Of a DNA stretch of 46,996 bases, positions 1 to 7,351 are shown in pieces. The position numbers were made by a program, and so were the translations under genes. The stretch comes from Nitrospinales bacterium. Lineage in GTDB: Bacteria > Nitrospinota > Nitrospinia > Nitrospinales > JAJDAT01. The DNA lies in contig JBHHYO010000013.1 in NCBI GenBank assembly GCA_046757665.1, forward strand, positions 1 through 46,996, written 5' to 3'. How positions within the stretch are numbered: position 1 is the first letter of the stretch; each line of letters begins with the position of its first letter. The notes below the pieces were generated by a model. The model had not been told where the DNA came from. It worked only from the letters and a program-made list of their open reading frames with translations, and did not search any database.

Positions 1-1527
1 ATGAAACACATTATTTTAGACGGCGAGAGTCTTACCCTGGAACAGGCCGTTTCCGTCTTGCGTCCTTCCACGAAGGTGAAATTGTCTCCTGGGACCAAGG
101 ACAAGGTGGAGCAAGCGCGCCGGGTCATCGACACAGCCGTGCGCGGCAAGAAAGTTGTTTATGGCGTCACGACGGGGTTTGGCGCGTTGAGTGATGTGGT
201 CATCTCCCGGGCGGACGGCAAAAAGTTGCAACTGAATATTCTGATGAGCCACGCCGCCGGCGTTGGGGACCCCCTGCCGGGTGATATTGTGAAACTCGTT
301 CTTTTGCTGATGGCCAACAGCAAGGCCAAGGGATATTCCGGTTTGCGGTGGTCAACTCTTCGCACCTTGTTGGACATGCTGAACCGGGGAGTTTGTCCCT
401 TGATTCCGGAAAAGGGCTCGGTGGGCGCCAGCGGCGACCTGGCTCCCCTGGCGCATTTGTCCCTGGTTTTGGTGGGCCGGGGCCGGGCGCGTTACCAGGG
501 GAAATGGATGGCCGGAAAAGAAGCCATGCGCCGGGCGAAAATCAAACCGGCAACCCTTGCGGAAGGCGAAGGCCTGGCCTTGATTAACGGCACGCAGGTC
601 ATGACCGCCATCGGCGCTTGGACGATCTTTCATGCCTTGCGCCTGGCCAAGACGGCGGATATCGCCGCGGCCATGAGCCTGGAGGTGCTACTGGGCACTA
701 ACACCCAGTTTCACAAACAAATCCATCGCATCCGCCCGCATTGCGGACAGGTGGATTCGGCGGCGAACATGCGGCGCATTACGGACGGTAGCGAAATCAT
801 CTCATCGCATAAGGATTGCGACCGGGTGCAGGACGCCTATTCCCTGCGTTGCGTTCCGCAGGTGCATGGCGCCAGCCGCGACGCCATGCGGTTTGTCCGC
901 GGGGCGCTCGAAACGGAAATGAATTCGGCGACCGAGAACCCGCTGGTTTTCCCCGACGGCAAGATACTTTCCGGCGGCAATTTTCACGGCCAGCCCGTGG
1001 CGTTGGCTCTGGATTTCCTTGCGCTTGCCCTGGCCGAGCTGGCGGACATATCCGAGAGGCGGATCGAGCGCATGGTCAATCCCAACCTCAGCGGTCTGCC
1101 CTCGTTTTTGATTGCCGGGGGAGGATTGAATTCCGGTTTCATGATCGCCCAATACACCGCCGCGGCCCTGGTTTCCGAAAACAAGGTGTTGGCCCATCCC
1201 GCCTCCGTGGATTCGATTCCCACCTCGGCCAACAAGGAGGACCATGTGAGCATGGGAACCATTGCGGCGCGCAAGGCCAAACAAGTGCTCGAAAACGTGA
1301 GATACGTAACGGCCATCGAGCTTCTTTGCGGCGCCCAGGCGCTGGACCTCTTCACGAATTTGAAACCGGGCCGGGGAACCCTCGCCGCGTATAACGTGTT
1401 GCGCAAGCATATCAAACATCTTGACCGCGACCGCGAACTGCACGGCGATATCGAAACCGTTTCGGAGTTGATCGGCGACGGAACCCTGGTTGACGCCGTG
1501 GAAGCGGCGGTCGGGCCGCTGATGTAA
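1..1527 (+). CDS. hutH: Histidine ammonia-lyase
   Basis: MIO-forming GASGDLAPLAH, VYGVTTGFG, LMSH (His-specific SH), QDAYSLRC, GGNFHG, SANKEDHVSM. Confidence 0.95.
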   Translation: MKHIILDGESLTLEQAVSVLRPSTKVKLSPGTKDKVEQARRVIDTAVRGKKVVYGVTTGFGALSDVVISRADGKKLQLNILMSHAAGVGDPLPGDIVKLVLLLMANSKAKGYSGLRWSTLRTLLDMLNRGVCPLIPEKGSVGASGDLAPLAHLSLVLVGRGRARYQGKWMAGKEAMRRAKIKPATLAEGEGLALINGTQVMTAIGAWTIFHALRLAKTADIAAAMSLEVLLGTNTQFHKQIHRIRPHCGQVDSAANMRRITDGSEIISSHKDCDRVQDAYSLRCVPQVHGASRDAMRFVRGALETEMNSATENPLVFPDGKILSGGNFHGQPVALALDFLALALAELADISERRIERMVNPNLSGLPSFLIAGGGLNSGFMIAQYTAAALVSENKVLAHPASVDSIPTSANKEDHVSMGTIAARKAKQVLENVRYVTAIELLCGAQALDLFTNLKPGRGTLAAYNVLRKHIKHLDRDRELHGDIETVSELIGDGTLVDAVEAAVGPLM

Positions 1528-1544
1528 GTCGGAAAAACCTCCTT

Positions 1545-2663
1545 GTGTCGGAAATATCCATGAAAGATTCGGATCAGCCCGTTTTTGTCAATACTCCAGA
1601 CAGACTCCCTCTTGTTGCTGACCCGGGCTATCTGGGTTTGCGAAACTCGTCCTCGCCGGAAATGACGGAGCGCGTCAGGTCGTTGTTCGACCATTTGAAC
1701 GGCAGGCTGGGTTTCGCAAATGACGCCCGGGGAAGGGAGCATCAGAAATATTTCAATGCCCTACTGCGTTACGTGTATCCCGAAGTCATGATCGATCTGG
1801 CCGATATCGTCTACGTGCAACATGAGCGGCCCATGGTTTTTTTGAACCGCGAACATATCGACATGAATTTTCACGCGGACTCACTGGCGGCGGGCTCCTC
1901 CGTGCGGGCCTCACACGAGGAAATGGAATTTTTGTTTCACCGGTTGGCTCAAACGTTGAGACAGGATGAGGCCTTGTTCAGCGATCCGGTTGTCGTCCGG
2001 CTTTTGGCCGAGAGTTACAGTTATTATATTTTCCAAACCGGCAATTTCCCCTGGGAAGAAACCATTCCAGATTCGCAAACCGCCGACAGGCCCGTGCTGG
2101 ACGTGGCCACGGGGTTGGCCGGGTTCGGTTTGATCCATGCCTGGCCGGAGCATTTCCCTCATCTGGTTCTAACGGACAAAATGCCCTTCATCCTGGAAAG
2201 CCTGGAGCATTACAAGCGCCTGCTGGGCAAACAGAATGTCGAGATACTTCGGGCCGATTTTCCGTCGGACGAGTCGCCGGGCCTGTTCGGCAGTATCTGG
2301 GCGAACAAGTTTTTACATCATTTGCGGCAGGGAGAAAGACAGACGTTTTTGCGATGGGCGTGGCAACATCTCGAACCGGGAGGAGTGCTCAACATCGTGG
2401 ATGCCGACCTCGAACTCCGGATTCTCCAGCAGGCGAAAGACCCCGGTTTTCGCGGCAAATTGATTCCCGGATACCTGGAGACCCTGGTGGAAATCGAGGA
2501 GAATTTTTGTAAAACCCTGGTCGATGATGTCCGGCAGGCGGGATTCAAGGTTTTGTATTTTGACTCGCACGAGTATTTAGACGAGACCGACGCCTACAGC
2601 CTTTGCCTGGGAGACGAGATCAAACTGAAGTTTTCGGGATTTGAGATTTTTGGGGAGAAATAA
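1545..2663 (+). CDS. Class I SAM-dependent methyltransferase-domain protein with uncharacterised N-terminal half
   Basis: Motif I-like VLDVATGLAG, FLHHL and LEPGGVLNIVD motifs; starts 17 bp after hutH (GTG 1545 or ATG 1560). Confidence 0.7.
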   Translation: MSEISMKDSDQPVFVNTPDRLPLVADPGYLGLRNSSSPEMTERVRSLFDHLNGRLGFANDARGREHQKYFNALLRYVYPEVMIDLADIVYVQHERPMVFLNREHIDMNFHADSLAAGSSVRASHEEMEFLFHRLAQTLRQDEALFSDPVVVRLLAESYSYYIFQTGNFPWEETIPDSQTADRPVLDVATGLAGFGLIHAWPEHFPHLVLTDKMPFILESLEHYKRLLGKQNVEILRADFPSDESPGLFGSIWANKFLHHLRQGERQTFLRWAWQHLEPGGVLNIVDADLELRILQQAKDPGFRGKLIPGYLETLVEIEENFCKTLVDDVRQAGFKVLYFDSHEYLDETDAYSLCLGDEIKLKFSGFEIFGEK

Positions 2664-2734
2664 AACGTTTCGCTTCCGGCGGGTTTGCGGCGATGTCTCG
2701 GCTTGCGTGTAATCTGTCGGGCACGGCCGTTTTT

Positions 2735-3136
2735 TTACTTGTGTCCGGTCGGTTTAATCTCTTTTCGTATTGCCCGCCATTCTTTCTCTGATGCGTTTTT
2801 GGCGTTGGTTTCCATGGTGCGGTAAAGGGAAACCACACGTTCGCCCTGCCTGGTCAAGCGGGTGCCGCCACCGCCCTTTCCGCCAACCGCCCGGCTCACC
2901 AGCGGTTTTTTAAAACAGCGGTTCATGACATCCACCATTTCCCAGGCCCGGCGGTAGCTGAGCCCCATTTCCCGGGCGGCCGAGGAGATGGAACCGGTTT
3001 TTCGGATGGCTTCCAGCAAATCGATTTTCCCCGGTCCGAGCGCAATTTCTTTCCCCCGCATGACGCGAAATCGGGGTTTGCAATAGAGGCTGTCTTTTTT
3101 TTTCCCGGAGGCTTTTTGGCGTGGTGATGACCGCAT
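2735..3136 (-). CDS. ModE-type winged-helix regulator (N-terminal domain only, no TOBE/molybdate-binding domains)
   Basis: LGPGKIDLLEAIRKTGSISSAAREMGLSYRRAW...GGKGGGGTRLT signature; 133 aa. Confidence 0.88.
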   Translation of the reverse strand: MRSSPRQKASGKKKDSLYCKPRFRVMRGKEIALGPGKIDLLEAIRKTGSISSAAREMGLSYRRAWEMVDVMNRCFKKPLVSRAVGGKGGGGTRLTRQGERVVSLYRTMETNAKNASEKEWRAIRKEIKPTGHK

Positions 3137-3185
3137 TGATTTTCGGCTGAAGGAAAAAAGAGTTAAGCGCTAAAAAACGAATCCA

Positions 3186-3812
3186 TTATCTCATACAACG
3201 GTGAAGCCGGACCGTGATTAACGAAACCGAATCATCCTTTTCGATCACTTTAATATGAGTTCGGGTGACTTTTTTATTGCTGGTCAAAAAGGGGCGCAAG
3301 CTTTTGGCGGTTACATGGATATATTTCCCCTCCGTCTTGACCTGGATTAAATCGGGATTGTCCGCCTCGACCCGGAATTGGCCGTTCTCCTTTTTGGAGT
3401 CGATGATATATTCGTCGGTGATGCACATGTTGATTGTTAAATAAGATTCGGCCAGCAGGGACCGGAGATAAACAATAAGCTCTTCTATTTGATGATCGGT
3501 AAAGTTATGGCTGGGCATGGCCGTTCCGGGGATGCCGTTTTTTATTGCCTCTGCCATTTGAAGGTCGGGGAGATTTTGCATCTCTTCGTAACTGGTGAAA
3601 TTCCTCGGTTTCGGGTCGAGGCCGCTGGCCAAAAACCCGTCGCCGTCTCCCTGGATGCCGTGGCACAGGACGCAACCGGATTCTTGAAAAATCAATTCCC
3701 CTTCACTGGTCGGCAGGGGTTCCGGCAGTTCGCTGTAGCCCTTGTAACCCATGTAGGCGGAGGATGCGCGTGCGATGAGAAGGATAAAAAGAAGGGTTAA
3801 AATTTTTTTCAT
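3186..3812 (-). CDS. Secreted monoheme c-type cytochrome with an extra ~90-aa C-terminal domain
   Basis: Signal peptide, CVLCH, GDGDG...PKPRNFT, GIPGTAMP (axial Met). Confidence 0.88.
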   Translation of the reverse strand: MKKILTLLFILLIARASSAYMGYKGYSELPEPLPTSEGELIFQESGCVLCHGIQGDGDGFLASGLDPKPRNFTSYEEMQNLPDLQMAEAIKNGIPGTAMPSHNFTDHQIEELIVYLRSLLAESYLTINMCITDEYIIDSKKENGQFRVEADNPDLIQVKTEGKYIHVTAKSLRPFLTSNKKVTRTHIKVIEKDDSVSLITVRLHRCMR

Positions 3813-3857
3813 TGAGCGAATCTCCGTTGCAGGGTGAGTGGCATTCAGAACAATACC

Positions 3858-3873
3858 TTCAATTTTTATACCA
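3858..3873 (-). promoter_or_regulatory. Putative sigma54 (-24/-12) promoter for the cytochrome c / ModE-like genes
   Basis: Minus strand TGGTATAAAAATTGAA: correct GG-N10-G spacing but GA instead of GC at -12; IHF box upstream. Confidence 0.45.
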
Positions 3874-3907
3874 AAACCGAAAAAGCTTGTCGCTGTTTAT
3901 TTTTTGA

Positions 3908-3920
3908 AATCAATGGGTTG
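3908..3920 (+). promoter_or_regulatory. Putative IHF binding site
   Basis: AATCAATGGGTTG matches WATCAANNNNTTR, preceded by a T-tract. Confidence 0.55.
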
Positions 3921-4071
3921 CGAGGGTAATTTGAGGCGGGCTCGCGCCGCCGTGCGGATGGGGGCCGGGCGGCGAAATTTTTTTTGAAAAATCAAAAATT
4001 TTCGCGGTTGATGCGCCGTGCACTCTGCCGTCCGACCCTGATCTTTCCGGGGAAAATGCCGAATTTCCCGG

Positions 4072-4806
4072 TCAGGTCAATCGCAGAGTTTTAAGTTTGG
4101 TTAAAGACCGGGATTCCAGGAGGGCCTTGATGCCGGGCTCGCCGATGAATGTGTCGAACATCATGAGGGTCTCGATGTTGATTAAGGTTTTGGTGTTGGC
4201 CAAGGCCTGGGCGGCGTCGAGGCGGATAATATTCCGCGCCAGGTTCAGGTGTTTTAATCTTTTGAGAAATGGAGATTTGGCCAGGGCTTTTACGCCCTTG
4301 TCGGACAGTTTGGTTTTATAGGCATTTAATTTCCGCAGATGGGAAAATCCCGGGGAGCGCGCAAGGGCTATCAGGGTGTCGTCTCCCGTGTCGTTTTCCT
4401 GCAATATCAGAACTTGAAGTTTGACGAACTGCTCCGACTGCCCAATGGCTTCCCCGCCGACGGCGGTTATTCCGTTGAAGCGCAAGTCCAGATGCGCCAA
4501 CTGCGCGATAAAAGGCGCCTGGGTCAGGGCGAGAGCGCCTTTATCGCCGAGAGAATTCTCGCCGATATAAAGACGTTTTAACTGTTTCAGCTTCGAGCTT
4601 TGAAACAGGTGGTTTGCTCCGCGCCAGGTGATCTTGTTGCGGGTTAAATCCAGATTTTCGATTTGCTCCAGCCGGTCGGACAGCATGAGGGCTTGCAGTC
4701 CTTCATCGCCGATGAATTTTCCCTTCAGCTCCAGGGCGTCGCCATCCTCGGAAAGGCAATCCTCTATCTGGCGGTTGATATAGTCAATTTCGGTTTGGTT
4801 TACCAT
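4072..4806 (-). CDS. Leucine-rich repeat protein (RNI-like, ~28-aa repeats)
   Basis: Repeated LxxLxLxxNxIxxxGxxxL units. Confidence 0.88.
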   Translation of the reverse strand: MVNQTEIDYINRQIEDCLSEDGDALELKGKFIGDEGLQALMLSDRLEQIENLDLTRNKITWRGANHLFQSSKLKQLKRLYIGENSLGDKGALALTQAPFIAQLAHLDLRFNGITAVGGEAIGQSEQFVKLQVLILQENDTGDDTLIALARSPGFSHLRKLNAYKTKLSDKGVKALAKSPFLKRLKHLNLARNIIRLDAAQALANTKTLINIETLMMFDTFIGEPGIKALLESRSLTKLKTLRLT

Positions 4807-5572
4807 TGGATTTCAAATTGATGGCGCAACGGAATCCCACGTCGTTCAAACTTCTGGAAAACGGGTAGCTCCAATCCCGGTAACCGGCGTTCATGGCTAT
4901 AATACTGTCCGACCACGAGCCGCCCCGGCGGGTTTTCACTTCCCCCTTCAAAGGTCCGCGGGGATTGTTTTTAATTTCCGTCTTGGAGTGGGAGTTGGGA
5001 GAAAACCAGTTGGCCATCCATTCCCACACGTTTCCCGCCAAGTCGTAGATGCCGTATTTGTTGGGTGGATAACTGCCGACGGGCGAAGCCTTGTCTTTCA
5101 GTTTCAATCCGGCGTGGGCCTGGGGATGCGCCGGGTCGAACCGGGGTCCCCAGGGGAACTCGCATCCGTTTGCGGCGCCCGTGGCTTTTTCCCACTGTGC
5201 TTCCGTGGGAAGAGTTTTTCCGATCAGGTAGCAATAGTCTGTGGCGTCGTACCAGGTGACCTTGGTCACCGGGCAGTTGTCGCAATCGGAAAACCGGCTA
5301 CGACGTAACCTGTGATCGGGAATAATTTCCTCGAATTGTTTGTTGGTAACCTCATACTTGTCGATCATGAAATCATCCAGGTAAACGGTGTGGGCCGGGG
5401 CGCCGTGCTTTGGGCCGAACTTGTCGCAACCCATTTGGAACGTCCCGCCGGGGATCAGTCCCATGTCTTTCGTAATGTTCCGAAGAGGCGGCGAGGTTTG
5501 CGGTTTTGTTTCTCCCGCCAGAGGAGAGACCATCCCAAGCCAGATTAGAAAAACCGGCAGGAGTTTGAGCAT
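4784..5572 (-). CDS. Secreted formylglycine-generating enzyme (FGE-sulfatase) domain protein
   Basis: Signal peptide; IPGGTFQMG, KYEVTN, LPTEAQWEKA, LAGNVWEW, RGGSW, GFRC. Confidence 0.9.
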   Translation of the reverse strand: MLKLLPVFLIWLGMVSPLAGETKPQTSPPLRNITKDMGLIPGGTFQMGCDKFGPKHGAPAHTVYLDDFMIDKYEVTNKQFEEIIPDHRLRRSRFSDCDNCPVTKVTWYDATDYCYLIGKTLPTEAQWEKATGAANGCEFPWGPRFDPAHPQAHAGLKLKDKASPVGSYPPNKYGIYDLAGNVWEWMANWFSPNSHSKTEIKNNPRGPLKGEVKTRRGGSWSDSIIAMNAGYRDWSYPFSRSLNDVGFRCAINLKSNGKPNRN

Positions 5573-5599
5573 CGCTTCAAAGAAATTCCAGGGTCGGAG

Positions 5600-6499
5600 T
5601 TAAGGGCTTATTGCCAAGTGAGCCAATTTTTCCTGGTGCTTGATGTTGTCCAGAATACGGAGGGTGGAGTTGGAGCGGTTGAGGGTGTAGAAATGAATTC
5701 CCGGGGCGCCCTTTAACAGCAACTCTTCGCATTGTTCGGTGGCGTGTTCGACACCGATGGATTGCACCGCCTTCCCGTCGTCCTCGGCCGCTTCCAGACG
5801 AGCAACCAGCGAGGACGGGATCGCCGCTCCGCACATTTTGGTAAACCGTTTAATCTGGTTGACGTTGAGGATCGGCATGATCCCCGGAATAATGGGAACG
5901 CGAATACCGATCGACCGGGCCCGGTTGACAAAATCGAAGTAACAGCGGTTGTCGAAAAACAACTGCGTAATAATGAAGTCCGCGCCGGCGTCAACTTTCT
6001 GTTTGAGGTTTTCCAGGTCCCGCGTTTTATCGGAGCATTCCTGATGCCCCTCGGGATAGCCCGCAACCCCCAGGCTGAACGGGTAACCACATTTTTTTAT
6101 AAACGCCACCAGTTCATTCGCGTAGCCGAAACCTCCCGCGGATTTTACAAATTGATCTTTCCCTTGCGGTGGATCGCCGCGAAGGGCCAGAACATTTTCG
6201 ATGCCCTTGTGTTGCAGGATGTCCAGGACGGACTTGATTTCATCGGCGGAGCTTCCCACGCAAGTCAAGTGGGCCATGCTTTCCAGGCCGATATCCTGTT
6301 TGATCCGCCCGACCAAGTCGATGGTCTTCTCCCGGGTGCTTCCCCCGGCGCCATAGGTGACGGATACGTAAGCGGGGTTCCATTGTTTCAGATTTTCGAT
6401 GGTTCGGAAAAGCCGGTCGAATCCTTCGGAATCCTTCGGGGGAAAAAACTCGAAGGAAAAAGACGTCGTTCCTTTTCGCAAGAGATCGATTATTTTCAT
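5600..6499 (-). CDS. metF: 5,10-methylenetetrahydrofolate reductase
   Basis: SFEFFPPK, VSVTYGAGG, AHLTC, LALRGDPP, AGYPEGH, ITQLFFD, HFYTLN. Confidence 0.96.
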   Translation of the reverse strand: MKIIDLLRKGTTSFSFEFFPPKDSEGFDRLFRTIENLKQWNPAYVSVTYGAGGSTREKTIDLVGRIKQDIGLESMAHLTCVGSSADEIKSVLDILQHKGIENVLALRGDPPQGKDQFVKSAGGFGYANELVAFIKKCGYPFSLGVAGYPEGHQECSDKTRDLENLKQKVDAGADFIITQLFFDNRCYFDFVNRARSIGIRVPIIPGIMPILNVNQIKRFTKMCGAAIPSSLVARLEAAEDDGKAVQSIGVEHATEQCEELLLKGAPGIHFYTLNRSNSTLRILDNIKHQEKLAHLAISP

Positions 6500-6615
6500 G
6501 AAAAAATATTAACACAGGGAACGGCCGTTTGAAATATGTTTTGAGCCGGGACCTGATTTGCCTGTAAAGGGAATAAAGCCGAAAGAGTGGGAGGGTCTTC
6601 AGAAAAAAAGGAAGG

Positions 6616-7113
6616 TCAGTCGTAAATGTCGTGCTTTTTCAAATAGGAAATAAAAGAAACGATATTGACCAACTCAACAGGTTCTTCCTCGGCGGCCTTG
6701 ATCGCTTCCTCGGAAAAATAACCGGTGGTGATGAAAATTCCCCGGGCGGCTCCCTCGCCTTTTATGGTCTCCAGAAACCCGGTGACTTTGTGGAGTTGCA
6801 ACATGTTGCCGATGGGGTTGAAGGCGCAAATGGCCAAGTACGTTCCTCCCACCACCGGGCTTTCGTCTTCCAGTGCGACCTCCAGTTCATCGTCATCCGC
6901 CCAGATTGAGTGCCGGTATTCCAGGTCCAGTTTTTCAAGGAACTGCAGGCATTTGTCCTTGAATGCATCCCGGTCCAGCATGAAAAGGGGCTTGTCATCC
7001 GGATTGTCAAAGTGAATTTGCTCTTGGGGGAGAGGAGGGGAAGTCTTTTTCAGCAACAGGATCAGGATCAATCCGATGAACATTGCCGCGAATGTGACGC
7101 CAAAAATAGCCAC
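6616..7113 (-). CDS. Membrane-anchored Mrr-like restriction-endonuclease-fold protein (catalytic motif degenerate)
   Basis: N-terminal TM helix; GIFITTGYFSEEAIKAA..PVELVN resembles the Mrr_cat C-terminus; GTG start immediately follows the upstream stop. Confidence 0.7.
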   Translation of the reverse strand: MAIFGVTFAAMFIGLILILLLKKTSPPLPQEQIHFDNPDDKPLFMLDRDAFKDKCLQFLEKLDLEYRHSIWADDDELEVALEDESPVVGGTYLAICAFNPIGNMLQLHKVTGFLETIKGEGAARGIFITTGYFSEEAIKAAEEEPVELVNIVSFISYLKKHDIYD

Positions 7114-7296
7114 TTATTTTATCATTTCATCGTAAACTTTTTCTTTTTTGCCTTCCTTGATCAGTTTGTCATGCCGGACCATTTGCCGGATGGCAATCCA
7201 GAAGACAAATGCGACAAATCCCAGCATTGCTCCAATCGGGATATTATCGGGTTTGGTTGCGATCAACAAAAAATTTTCGAGACCGGAATTTTCCAT
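7114..7296 (-). CDS. Small single-TM protein (60 aa), probable accessory subunit of the Rieske/cytochrome b complex
   Basis: KPDNIPI followed by a hydrophobic helix and a charged tail; in operon after the multiheme cytochrome. Confidence 0.75.
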   Translation of the reverse strand: MENSGLENFLLIATKPDNIPIGAMLGFVAFVFWIAIRQMVRHDKLIKEGKKEKVYDEMIK

Positions 7297-7351
7297 GGTA
7301 ATCCGCTTGGTTGGTGATTAACAGGTTGTTGATTTTGGAATTCACCTACTA

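Noticed and set aside
4784-5572. True formylglycine-generating enzyme activity
   Set aside because: The catalytic Cys pair after RGGS is not evident and no sulfatase is adjacent; such non-catalytic FGE-domain proteins are common
6616-7113. Active restriction/defence system
   Set aside because: Catalytic motif is degenerate, there is no methylase or defence-island context, and the gene is coupled to a respiratory operon
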